Positions 50,232 through 59,482 are shown, counted from the stretch's first letter. The stretch: DNA of 64,000 nucleotides from an uncultured Gammaproteobacteria bacterium (GCA_964385285.1 CAYLOJ010000005.1:493-64492); one strand, 5' to 3'. The notes: generated from the letters alone by a model not told the origin. Numbers and translations are program-made.

Positions 50232-50802
50232 GCAGTTTTTTTCGGTAGACCAATAAAACCATCACTAATAGCACATCCATAGTGAGAATAACGGTAGGAT
50301 AAAACCAGGTAGTAAATTGGTAGCGTTCAAGTGCCAATAAAATAATTCCGTACTTAATCGCACTAATTAAGTACATGCTGACGCTTTCTTCCCAGGGGTT
50401 ATGGAAGCTTTTTCTAAACGTTGGGATGAATCCACAAAGATCAGCGCACACTACTAGTAGTACTGCAATCTCTGGCTGACCCGTTTGCCACCACAATACA
50501 ATTGCAATCAGTGCTAAACTAAGAGCAACTTTATCTGTGAGAGTATAGAGTTGAACTTTTTGCTTCAATCCAATTATTGCCACTACTAAACACAACAGTC
50601 CAGAGACGCCGTTAATCCATGAGGCGGCACCGGCTCCAGCCGAGAATAAAATAGCCGAATTTGTTAACTCTAAAATCGCCCAGACAAACCAAGAAAACGC
50701 ATGTGGTTTAGTATGGCCGCGCAAGATATCACGGAAATAGATTACGTAACTGATAACGGCCAGTCCAATTCCGATACTGCTCAGGATAAGTTTATAGTCC
50801 AT
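50218..50802 (-). CDS. conserved multi-TM membrane protein
   Basis: GHTKPHAFSW, PTFRKSF..PWEE; about 7 TM segments. Confidence 0.7.
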   Translation of the reverse strand: MDYKLILSSIGIGLAVISYVIYFRDILRGHTKPHAFSWFVWAILELTNSAILFSAGAGAASWINGVSGLLCLVVAIIGLKQKVQLYTLTDKVALSLALIAIVLWWQTGQPEIAVLLVVCADLCGFIPTFRKSFHNPWEESVSMYLISAIKYGIILLALERYQFTTWFYPTVILTMDVLLVMVLLVYRKKLPKQI

Positions 50803-50871
50803 TACCCGTAGCTTACTGAAATTTGGTGGAATTTACCATGGGTTGCAGGTAGCGATCCCGCGGCAGGCTCT

Positions 50872-51582
50872 TTAGAATTTAAACAGCAAGGCAGGATCCG
50901 GACAAAGCGTGGTGTAGTAATTCCGTTCACTGGGTCTGGCTACGCCTGGAAAATCACCGACGTTGCCTAGCAGGTCACAGATAATTTCAGCGTGCACATG
51001 CGGTGCCCACTGACCGTTTTCATGTGTGTCGCCGACCCAAGCAAACGCCGTTCCAGCTGGAATAGTCTGGCCGATTATTTTGTCTGTTAAGGAAGTTGTC
51101 GACAGGTGACCATACAAACTATAAAAAGTAATGCCAGCAAGTTCGTGTTCTAGAATAATTGTCGCGCCGTAATCTAAGAATTGATTGTTGCATTGAGCGC
51201 CGCGAATGATTCCTGATAACGGCGCGTAGAGCGGTGTATTGACCGGCAGCCATAGATCATATGCTAAATGCACAGAGCGAGCTTCGGTTTGGTCACCGCG
51301 AAATAGATCGCTTTGATAAAGCACGCGATCCTCGTTATAGCGTCCCACGCCAAACCGTTTACCTGCCACTTGTAACGTAGTGGCAATATAGTTCTGCAAT
51401 TGTTCTGGATGAGCCATATCAATTGTTGCCAGAGCAGAATTACGACTACCAAAATCAAACCAGATCGGTTCGGTACCAAAAAACGGAGTAGCAAGAATCG
51501 GTTGAATGGCTGTTTGGTTCTGTTGTAAGGCTTGGACTACGGCCGCACAGTGTTTTTGCTGTGCTGGAGTTAATGTAGGCAT
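50872..51582 (-). CDS. M23-family metallopeptidase
   Basis: HLAYD (HxxxD), LYGHL, PHVH. Confidence 0.82.
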   Translation of the reverse strand: MPTLTPAQQKHCAAVVQALQQNQTAIQPILATPFFGTEPIWFDFGSRNSALATIDMAHPEQLQNYIATTLQVAGKRFGVGRYNEDRVLYQSDLFRGDQTEARSVHLAYDLWLPVNTPLYAPLSGIIRGAQCNNQFLDYGATIILEHELAGITFYSLYGHLSTTSLTDKIIGQTIPAGTAFAWVGDTHENGQWAPHVHAEIICDLLGNVGDFPGVARPSERNYYTTLCPDPALLFKF

Positions 51583-51608
51583 AAAGTAAATGAATAATAA
51601 TTGATTAC

Positions 51609-51669
51609 AACTGAGCGGGGAAGAGATGGTGTGTTTCATGACATCATCTCTTCCCAGTCCTCCTCAGTT
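51609..51669 (-). terminator. long 3' hairpin after the formyltransferase gene
   Basis: AACTGAG..GGGAAGAGATG/CATCTCTTCCC..CTCAGTT. Confidence 0.5.
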
Positions 51670-51694
51670 CACTGGTCGCTCTGGAACGACTGCC

Positions 51695-52504
51695 TTAGCC
51701 AGCAGTCACCAGCCGACGATAGTGCTGCAGTCCAGTGATGAACAGCGGCAACTTGGCCGTCTGGTAGTTCCGGTAGCGCAACGCTTGTGGATCATCGTCT
51801 GCGTGGACAGGCGTGCCTTCGCTGAATGCCAGAATCGGCCCGTCGTCGATGACGTCATTCACCAAGTGCAGCGTCGCACCGGTCTGCATCGGTTCGCTCT
51901 GAGCGCGACGGATCGCATCCGCAGTCGGCGTAGGCCCGCGCAGGCAGTAGCGATGACCGAGTTGGGTGATGGCCGGATGGATGTTCAGTACCAGTCCGTA
52001 CAGTCCAAACGACGTGATCAGGAACTCGATGCGCGCCATGTAGTGATCAGAAACGATGATGTCCGCCTCCAGCTTTTGGAACAGACGGTAGACCTCCGTT
52101 TCGAACGCCAGCTTGCCAGCAGCGCGCGCCTCCAGTTGATCTCGACCTAATCCGCGGAACTCCGACGGGATGTTCCAGGTCGGCAGATCCAGATTGGTGG
52201 GCCACAGCCAGTCCGAACGACCATCCGGCAGCGGGCGGTAGCCATGCAGGTCCTTCGGACGATCATCGGTGATGACGCCGGCGATATGGAACTGCCCATG
52301 CAGGTCGCCGCCCGGCGCAGCGGCCAAGGCAGTGTGTTCGATCAGTCCCTGCATGTAGCGCGCACCGTCACGCGTGGCGATCATCTCACCATTGTGATCG
52401 CACAACGCCACGTCGCGCAGCGAGGTGAGGAACAGGATCCGGAGTGGACGATTACTCGGCAGGCTGGTGCCAGCGAGATTCGGGTGCAGCAGACGAGTTT
52501 GCAT
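51695..52504 (-). CDS. PurN-like formyltransferase, GC-rich
   Basis: LNIHPA, TGATLHLVNDVIDDGPIL; GAGG before MQTRLL. Confidence 0.78.
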   Translation of the reverse strand: MQTRLLHPNLAGTSLPSNRPLRILFLTSLRDVALCDHNGEMIATRDGARYMQGLIEHTALAAAPGGDLHGQFHIAGVITDDRPKDLHGYRPLPDGRSDWLWPTNLDLPTWNIPSEFRGLGRDQLEARAAGKLAFETEVYRLFQKLEADIIVSDHYMARIEFLITSFGLYGLVLNIHPAITQLGHRYCLRGPTPTADAIRRAQSEPMQTGATLHLVNDVIDDGPILAFSEGTPVHADDDPQALRYRNYQTAKLPLFITGLQHYRRLVTAG

Positions 52505-52644
52505 GGCATGGCCTCGGGTAGAAGTTGAACGCGGCATGATGTCGCGTGTCAGCTGGTTGAGTTGTAGTGAACAAGCAAGGTTGTGTAGATGTGTGGGGAG
52601 TTCATCCACTCAGCCCTGCAGAATAGCTACAATATGTAGAAATA

Positions 52645-52671
52645 AACAAAACAGCTGCCTTACGAGGCAGC
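52645..52671 (-). terminator. intrinsic terminator
   Basis: GCTGCCT-CGTA-AGGCAGC followed by TGTTTTGTT. Confidence 0.7.
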
Positions 52672-52698
52672 CTAGGAACTAGGAGTGGGATAGAAAAA

Positions 52699-52764
52699 CT
52701 ACCTCGTGTGCAGCGATGTCTTCTTACCCTTCTTATTCAATTGTGATCGAAACTGGGAAATCAT
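52699..52764 (-). CDS. putative 21-aa basic micropeptide MISQFRSQLNKKGKKTSLHTR
   Basis: TTGACA-16-TAAGAT-6 nt-ATG upstream, terminator downstream; could instead be an sRNA. Confidence 0.45.
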   Translation of the reverse strand: MISQFRSQLNKKGKKTSLHTR

Positions 52765-52801
52765 GTGATGATCTTAATTGATTATAAATATTTGTCAATA
52801 G

Positions 52802-53092
52802 TTACGCCGTCCAAGCCATCATGCCGCCCGTGACACTATACAAATTATTAATGCCAGCTGCTCCCAATGTTAGCGTGACTAATCGACTACGACTACCCGA
52901 GTGACAGATAATGTAGGTTGGTTGGTCTGATTTTAATTCTGCCATACGTTGCTGCACCTCTTGCGTCGGAATATTGATCGCACCAGGAATTGCTCCTGTT
53001 TTAAACTCTTCTGGTGTGCGCACATCAATGATTCGTAGGTGTGGGTTGGCGTTGAGTAATTCGCGCAGTGCTTGAGTGGTGATTTCTAACAT
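52802..53092 (-). CDS. rhodanese-like protein
   Basis: IDVRTPEEF..G.IPGA, CHSGSRS, GGMMAW. Confidence 0.9.
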   Translation of the reverse strand: MLEITTQALRELLNANPHLRIIDVRTPEEFKTGAIPGAINIPTQEVQQRMAELKSDQPTYIICHSGSRSRLVTLTLGAAGINNLYSVTGGMMAWTA

Positions 53093-53098
53093 AGAGGA

Positions 53099-53458
53099 TT
53101 ATTTTTGAATAAATTTCATGGAGAGTGAATTTACGCAATGACGTGTATTTTTGGCGGTAAAACCTTCACCTTCAAACACATGCCCCAAATGACCACCGCA
53201 ATGCGCGCAGGTGATCTCGGTGCGACGTCCATCAGAATCGACGGTGCGCTTGACTGCGCCAGGAATTTCTTGATCAAAACTCGGCCAGCCACAACCGGAG
53301 TGAAATTTTGCATCAGAGGTGTAGAGCGGGGTATTGCAGCGTCGACAAATATAGGTACCTTCTTCAAAAAAGTCATCGTATTCACCCGTGCCAGGTGCCT
53401 CGGTGCCTTTATGAACTAAGATATTTTCCTCTTCGGAGGTCAGATGATTATAGGGCAT
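53099..53458 (-). CDS. msrB: methionine-R-sulfoxide reductase
   Basis: GTE, GCGWPSF, HLGHVF, RHCVNS. Confidence 0.95.
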   Translation of the reverse strand: MPYNHLTSEEENILVHKGTEAPGTGEYDDFFEEGTYICRRCNTPLYTSDAKFHSGCGWPSFDQEIPGAVKRTVDSDGRRTEITCAHCGGHLGHVFEGEGFTAKNTRHCVNSLSMKFIQK

Positions 53459-53473
53459 AGTCCTAGTATAGCA

Positions 53474-53941
53474 TTAATTATTCTCAATAAAAATCTGTGT
53501 GAGATAATAATAGTGGCCAGATTTCCCAACGCCCATTCCACTGACTGTATAATCAGTACCTTCAATATTCTCGCGGTGGCCCTCACTATTCAGCCATAGA
53601 TCAACAATTTGCCGGGCGACGCCAGAACTACTCGTAGTGTAGGCAACATTTTCTCCGGCTGAACGTAACTGAGGAAAGTAGGATTGGATGGCAGTGATGC
53701 GATCTGCAAAACCGTCATGACCAAAGGCAGTACGACCATGGGCCATATCCTTACTATGTTGCCGCGCTTCGTAGGCAACGTGTGTATTCCAGGTTAGTTT
53801 CTCTAACCCCGTCGCCGTTCGATGTTGATTCACTAATTTAAACGTACGTCGTTCTAAACTATGCTTAGAAATAGGTGCAGCTTGAGCAGTGACCGCAGAT
53901 AAGCTGAATAAGAGGGCACAAGTAATAGCGAGGTGTCGCAT
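53474..53941 (-). CDS. secreted CAP/SCP domain protein
   Basis: VNQHR, HSKDM, GENVA, WLNSEGHRENI. Confidence 0.9.
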   Translation of the reverse strand: MRHLAITCALLFSLSAVTAQAAPISKHSLERRTFKLVNQHRTATGLEKLTWNTHVAYEARQHSKDMAHGRTAFGHDGFADRITAIQSYFPQLRSAGENVAYTTSSSGVARQIVDLWLNSEGHRENIEGTDYTVSGMGVGKSGHYYYLTQIFIENN

Positions 53942-53953
53942 GGGATGAATCTG

Positions 53954-54334
53954 TTACTGTTGACGCAACTCTTGATCTGCTTCTACGCTCGTGACAGGTT
54001 TACTCATTGCCAGTAGCTTCACAATGCCAGCACCAATTAATGTGTAAATCAGGATTGCGAGGAGTGTGCCCCATTCAATGACTGAATTATTAACGACTGC
54101 TAAATTGAACACATAGACAAAGGGATACGCGAATGGTGTTGAGATAAGATAGATGAACTGTGTGAAACCGGCTGCGTCATTTGCGGCAAGCGCTTTTAAG
54201 ATGAAGCGCAGTAATAAAATAATATCTACTACAGCAACCATAGCCCAAATGATTTGGATGCCACGATAGAGAGGCTTAACGCGTTGCACTTCGGACTGAG
54301 TCGGCGTTGCAGTCGAGGGCGTTGATGGGATCAT
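53954..54334 (-). CDS. YggT-like membrane protein
   Basis: LLRFILK...N..F..FIY..S.PF..PF. Confidence 0.7.
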   Translation of the reverse strand: MIPSTPSTATPTQSEVQRVKPLYRGIQIIWAMVAVVDIILLLRFILKALAANDAAGFTQFIYLISTPFAYPFVYVFNLAVVNNSVIEWGTLLAILIYTLIGAGIVKLLAMSKPVTSVEADQELRQQ

Positions 54335-54400
54335 AGAATGATCTTTAAAGTTAAGCTGTCTACAGTATAGACTGCGCAGCGTAAAGGCGATATAGCAAGC

Positions 54401-54739
54401 TTACCAAGCTTGGCCGGTTTGGTATCCCCAAACGATCATCATGGTAGCTAGTAGAACGATCCAAATCATTTCACCGAGACCAGCCAACATTCCAGTAATC
54501 ATCCGAAGACCATTATTACTCGTGCGCCAACCCACGAGTTGTGTACCGCCATCGATCAGTGCCGGCAGTAACAGGGGAATGGCCCAATACCAAGCTGGTT
54601 GCAGCAACAACACGAGTGGCAAACCGAACAGATATCCGATCCATATTCCGGTGCAGCGTGCACAGACAGGGAATTGCCGGCCATGATAAAACAAGGATCG
54701 TTCTGGTAAACGATGACAGTACCAAAGGTACTTAAGCAT
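54401..54739 (-). CDS. DUF2085 membrane protein
   Basis: CHRLPERS, FPVCARCTGI, DGGTQ, SNN.LR.ITG. Confidence 0.8.
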   Translation of the reverse strand: MLKYLWYCHRLPERSLFYHGRQFPVCARCTGIWIGYLFGLPLVLLLQPAWYWAIPLLLPALIDGGTQLVGWRTSNNGLRMITGMLAGLGEMIWIVLLATMMIVWGYQTGQAW

Positions 54740-55100
54740 TATCCAAAATGGCACCAGCCAAGCCGATGGCAAAGAAGATGCCAAAGATCGCTAAGCCAAT
54801 GATACCGGTGATCACTGTGACCATTAAGATATTCTTGGCGGTTTGTGGTTTTTCCTTTTTCCAAACGAAGTACAAGACAACGCCAACGATCGAACTTACA
54901 ACTGTTGGACAGGCATAACAGGTTGGCCCACAGCAGATGTTACCCACACCAATCGCTGCGCCAATCCCAGCTTGCGCGGCGCCATTCAGCTCTCCGGATG
55001 GATTGGTTGTTGAGACAGGTTGTCCAACTGTATTCACAACATTAATCACTTGTGGAGCAGGAGTTGGGGTTGAAGTAGGTTGTGCGTTGGATTGGTCCAT
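54732..55100 (-). CDS. small membrane protein
   Basis: Pro/Thr-rich N-terminus, Cys cluster ICCGPTCYACP, two TM segments. Confidence 0.65.
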   Translation of the reverse strand: MDQSNAQPTSTPTPAPQVINVVNTVGQPVSTTNPSGELNGAAQAGIGAAIGVGNICCGPTCYACPTVVSSIVGVVLYFVWKKEKPQTAKNILMVTVITGIIGLAIFGIFFAIGLAGAILDNA

Positions 55101-55163
55101 AACGGTAGTTATCAAAATAAGTTGTCAATAATGTACTGGATTTTGCTGAAATCGTCAACTCGT

Positions 55164-56804
55164 TTACACTGCCCAGAAACTCTCCATGGTGTATCCTAAC
55201 AGATCAATCTTTTTTCGTATTTCTGCCGCTGTCATGATGCGACTATCCTCATGACTGTTGTATAGACGCACTGGCAGATTTGATGGTCCAATAAAGTGTG
55301 GATGATCGCCGCGCTTCGTGAGCAATTTGGCACCAAGCCGAATAATTTTTTGTTTGACGCGTTTAACAGATAATTTTGTACGTTCTTCTGGTCTAGCTTT
55401 CTGTTCAGATTGAATAGGCGAAGATAGAGTGGTGATGACCGGCTCTGGAGTAACAACTGGCTCGGATTCTATGGTATTGGTAGATGTTACATCTATTTCG
55501 GTGGTTGGAGCCAACACAATCGGATCAGAAGTTTGTGTTGTTTCGAGTGGCATCTTACTGTGTGTTACCGCACTATCCGGGTTAATGGAGAGTAGTTCTC
55601 GCAGTGTGGCATGGTCTTTGAGTGGCACTTGCTCACGTTCATACTTGCGATAGACGGCCCTTAATACTTCATGCCGTATGGCATCGTACAGCGGCTTATT
55701 ATTCACGCGTTCAAACATGGATGACATTGGGACAAAATAGGTCAGGTTTACAGTCAGATCACTGCTGATACGAGAAACTTCACCTGCCAGCACCGGACCA
55801 ACTCCAGCTACGATTAACTCGAAACCAGCCAAAAAGAACGGAGATCGCTTCCGATCTGCATTATGCAAAACACCAGTGACTCGTCTACCACTAATCGTGA
55901 AGCTTGGACATTCGAACGGTTCTGTGGCACCGTCAGTTTCAAAATCAACAGTCTGTAACCACTGATAAATAGCCTCGTTGTGTAAATCTGCAGCAATCTT
56001 TTCTTTATGGATTAACGCATCATAAGCAGATAAATGCGCAAAGCTGCTAGCCCTAAAATATTGTGCATGGATACTGTCATTGTTATCTAAACCCGGAGTA
56101 TGCTCTCGCATCGCTTGTAATGTCTCAGCAGTAGTTTGTCTCCGCATCATCATCTGCTCACCGAGTGGAGTGTTATAACGTTTTTCAATATTTGCACTGA
56201 GACGTTGATCAATTTGTGCATCAATTTGTAGCGCCATGGCGGCATAGTGCGCTTCCTCAAGAATCATGGTGAGTAGCGGACGTTGAGCATCAATCGCAGT
56301 TTGACCAATCATCTGAATCACTTGTCGGTATCGTCCCATAAAACGTTCAACTTTGCCGTTAATAGTCTCCGCTAATTGACGATCCTCACGACTGCCTAGT
56401 GCCGGTGGGGAGCCATGGCTATCAATGTAACTTTGTACAGTGCGATTTTCGATAGCTAAAATTTGGTCACTATACCATTTGGCTAGTGCCTCATAATAGT
56501 TTTTTACTAGCAGATTGAGTTCGCGTGAAAATACGCCATACACTTGTAATGTTTCCACAAGATCATCAGAATCATCAGCACTACTTTCTGCAACGAACGA
56601 TTCGTATTCAGTAAAATGTTCGGCAATTCTCCCCAACAATTTTAAGACCTTTTCAGGGAATTCCAGGTTGCGGTCAATACGGTTAATAATGGTTTCGAGC
56701 AAACGTTTAGATGAACGCTGTTTGCCACGTTCTTGCAGTAGACCAGTTTCAGTAGGCGCATTGCGCGGTCCTGTAGGAACTTTAGGTTCGTATTTTTTAC
56801 CCAT
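55164..56804 (-). CDS. large hypothetical protein with C-terminal HicA-like domain
   Basis: Last about 70 aa fit the HicA pattern including RGDH; TTGACA promoter upstream. Confidence 0.6.
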   Translation of the reverse strand: MGKKYEPKVPTGPRNAPTETGLLQERGKQRSSKRLLETIINRIDRNLEFPEKVLKLLGRIAEHFTEYESFVAESSADDSDDLVETLQVYGVFSRELNLLVKNYYEALAKWYSDQILAIENRTVQSYIDSHGSPPALGSREDRQLAETINGKVERFMGRYRQVIQMIGQTAIDAQRPLLTMILEEAHYAAMALQIDAQIDQRLSANIEKRYNTPLGEQMMMRRQTTAETLQAMREHTPGLDNNDSIHAQYFRASSFAHLSAYDALIHKEKIAADLHNEAIYQWLQTVDFETDGATEPFECPSFTISGRRVTGVLHNADRKRSPFFLAGFELIVAGVGPVLAGEVSRISSDLTVNLTYFVPMSSMFERVNNKPLYDAIRHEVLRAVYRKYEREQVPLKDHATLRELLSINPDSAVTHSKMPLETTQTSDPIVLAPTTEIDVTSTNTIESEPVVTPEPVITTLSSPIQSEQKARPEERTKLSVKRVKQKIIRLGAKLLTKRGDHPHFIGPSNLPVRLYNSHEDSRIMTAAEIRKKIDLLGYTMESFWAV

Positions 56805-56923
56805 AGTTTATTCAATAGTATCTCAAAAAAAATGTGCTTTGTCAATCATTACAGCAGTATGGTCTAGCGACAAAGATAGCTGATTCGATCGACGTGTGAG
56901 CCAATATTGTGTAGAATGCGGTG

Positions 56924-58198
56924 ATGAAAAAACTTGGTTCAACATTTGGCGTATTACTGATTATCTTATCGTATCTGCCGATTCTCTTTCGCTTAACCTA
57001 CGAGTATCCTGCGTGGTACATCTATCTCCTGAAGATGACCGTAGATACGTCTTATATTAGTTTTGGGTGGCTGATCTTAAGTGGTTTTCGTCAAGGTATT
57101 TTTCGGAAGATCTTATCACAATCGCTACATGGAAAATTCCATAATTATTTGGGATACACAGTTACTCTCGGCGTGTTAATACATCCCATTGCCTACATTT
57201 TTCTGTGGAGTGATTGGAAGATCATTGTGCCATTTCTACATTCGTATGGGTGGCTCGTCTCCTTGGGTGGAGTAGCGGTAATCCTACTACTGGTGACAGG
57301 GCTTAGCTCCTACTTTATTCGCAAGCGCTATTATGATTACTGGAATATTCTGCATTACTTGAACTACATTTTTTTTATCATCCTCTTTATTCATGTTTGG
57401 CAATCCCTGCCGCTTGGTTCACCAACTAGTGTTTACTACATCATCATTTTTGCCATCGCGTTAGGGAGCATGATCTACAAATGGATGTTTGATTTAAAGA
57501 TGCTGTCGTTCCATACGACCGTGCAATCCATTACGCTAGTAGCGAAAGATACCTATAATGTGCGCTTCAAAGTACCGGATCATGTAGAAACATGGGAGCC
57601 TGGTCAGTATGTTATGATTACAATTGATGCGATGGATGACCATCATCCGTTTTCTGTCTCCAAAATTAATACGGATCAAACCGTTGAGATCACCTTTAAA
57701 GTATTTGGAAACTTCACTAAGAAATTTTCCCAGGTCGTGGCTGGTCAGAAATTGTATTTTGCTGGTCCGTATGGCACTGCCAATAAAATGGTGCAGTACC
57801 ATAAGCAGGAGGATCTCGTATTGGTAGCTGGTGGAATCGGGATTACGCCATTCCGTTGCATTATTCATCACTTGTTAGCAAACAATGATCAACGCAATAT
57901 CTATTTATTCTATTGCGTCAGTCAACCAGATTTTTTTGCGTTTGATGATGAGTTTACCAAGTTAGCCAAACAGCATGCTAACTTTCACTATATTAAAATT
58001 TGTTCTAAACCCATGAATGATCCTTCGGTGATTCAAGGTTATATCTCTGATTTAATCATCAAAGATCAGATTGGTGATCTGCCGTCACATTCATATGTGG
58101 TATGTGGCCCTGATGCGATGTTGGCAGCAGTGAATGTGTTATTGCGCAGTCATGGAGTGCCGCGTTATCAAATCCATAAGGAGGAGTTTAGTTACTAG
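56924..58198 (+). CDS. second ferric reductase-like membrane flavocytochrome
   Basis: TM His pairs, PGQY, HPFS, GPYG, AGGIGITP, CGP, EEF. Confidence 0.88.
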   Translation: MKKLGSTFGVLLIILSYLPILFRLTYEYPAWYIYLLKMTVDTSYISFGWLILSGFRQGIFRKILSQSLHGKFHNYLGYTVTLGVLIHPIAYIFLWSDWKIIVPFLHSYGWLVSLGGVAVILLLVTGLSSYFIRKRYYDYWNILHYLNYIFFIILFIHVWQSLPLGSPTSVYYIIIFAIALGSMIYKWMFDLKMLSFHTTVQSITLVAKDTYNVRFKVPDHVETWEPGQYVMITIDAMDDHHPFSVSKINTDQTVEITFKVFGNFTKKFSQVVAGQKLYFAGPYGTANKMVQYHKQEDLVLVAGGIGITPFRCIIHHLLANNDQRNIYLFYCVSQPDFFAFDDEFTKLAKQHANFHYIKICSKPMNDPSVIQGYISDLIIKDQIGDLPSHSYVVCGPDAMLAAVNVLLRSHGVPRYQIHKEEFSY

Positions 58199-58267
58199 AC
58201 AATCCACGCCGAAAGTGATACATTCGTCTTCCTCCGCAACAGGAAACTCTTTTACAATCGGTGCGCC

Positions 58268-58864
58268 ATGCCTTCTCAACGCGTCTCCTACATCTTCTAC
58301 TACACCAACCCCGACTGTGCAGTCGCTGTGCTGCTAGAACTGCCGCAGATCGAGTTCTGCATTCTGCACTCCACTGAGCAAGTCCGTGATCTCGAACGAC
58401 GACACGGAATCTTCAAACCGGTCGGGTCCGCTACGCTTCCGTCGGTCAGCGATGAGCCGCTCCAGCGACTGTCTGGCCCTGCCGCACTACCTCTGCTAAA
58501 GGCAATCACGACCCTCCAGGCGGCGCGTCAGCTGGTTCCGCTGCTGCCTCCGCATCGTTTTCTGAGGCAGGGGGTGGTGTGGACTGAAATCCATACCGCC
58601 TTCTGCCACTGCGCGATCGTGGTGACTCATCAGCAGAATCTGTCTCAGCTGGCCATGGTCTTCTCCGTCAGCCAGTTGTTGGAACTGATCCACGTGAGTT
58701 ATAAAGCTGAACGCAAAGTGTTTGAAGCAATTCAAGCCACTGCGAGGCTACCACAGCGTCCCCGCAACGGAGAGCAGATCTTCGTGGTCTCCGGGCCACT
58801 GGCAGCGGACCTGATCCAGGGACTGATCATGGCAAAGGAGTTGCCCCTGCCCGCAGGAGTCTAG
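58268..58864 (+). CDS. GC-rich hypothetical protein
   Basis: 198-aa ORF with high GC3; own promoter-like region and 3' hairpins. Confidence 0.55.
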   Translation: MPSQRVSYIFYYTNPDCAVAVLLELPQIEFCILHSTEQVRDLERRHGIFKPVGSATLPSVSDEPLQRLSGPAALPLLKAITTLQAARQLVPLLPPHRFLRQGVVWTEIHTAFCHCAIVVTHQQNLSQLAMVFSVSQLLELIHVSYKAERKVFEAIQATARLPQRPRNGEQIFVVSGPLAADLIQGLIMAKELPLPAGV

Positions 58865-58870
58865 GAGGAA

Positions 58871-58932
58871 GCCGGGAACATCACTGTTCACGGCAACCCA
58901 AAAAACCGTTTCTTAACCGATGCGGTTTTTTG
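58871..58932. terminator. hairpin plus bidirectional terminator
   Basis: GCCG-GGAACA/TGTTC-ACGGC, then CAAAAAACCG/CGGTTTTTTG between convergent genes. Confidence 0.7.
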
Positions 58933-59478
58933 TTAGGTTAATGTTTGCATCAGATGGAATAGTTTTTGCGTGGTATTCAGGTTACGCACGGTCATCTCTT
59001 TGTAGAGGGGGTCACCAGCTAATTTGATCATAGCACTACGGGTGAGATCGCTAGTTTTGGCGGACCAAAATAAGACACCCGGTTTATAACTGACCGTTTC
59101 AATCTCTGGCTTGGGTTTGAACTCTTTCAAAATAGTTTTGTGATCAATCACATCTCGCAAAAAGATCACATTATATTTACGCGTTGCGTCCGTAAACCAA
59201 TGATTTGGGATAGCTTTAAAAATTTGCGCTAGTTCGGCTTTAGTCCGGATCACTACTTTGGAGGGATAACGAAACTGCTTAGTTAGAGCCTGTTCAATGA
59301 TCTGTTCTAATGTTCTTGGGGATTGTGTTTTAGTATTAAAGATCACATTACCACTTTGAATATAGGTACGGACATCTGAAAATCCCAGTTGCTCGAAGGC
59401 GGCCTTCAATTTGGCCATCGGAATAATATTATTCCCACCCACATTAATGCCGCGTAATAAACAGAGGTAAGTAGTCAT
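58933..59478 (-). CDS. DUF1697 protein
   Basis: LLRGINVGG, TYIQSGNVIF, TVRNLNT. Confidence 0.88.
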   Translation of the reverse strand: MTTYLCLLRGINVGGNNIIPMAKLKAAFEQLGFSDVRTYIQSGNVIFNTKTQSPRTLEQIIEQALTKQFRYPSKVVIRTKAELAQIFKAIPNHWFTDATRKYNVIFLRDVIDHKTILKEFKPKPEIETVSYKPGVLFWSAKTSDLTRSAMIKLAGDPLYKEMTVRNLNTTQKLFHLMQTLT

Positions 59479-59482
59479 AAAT

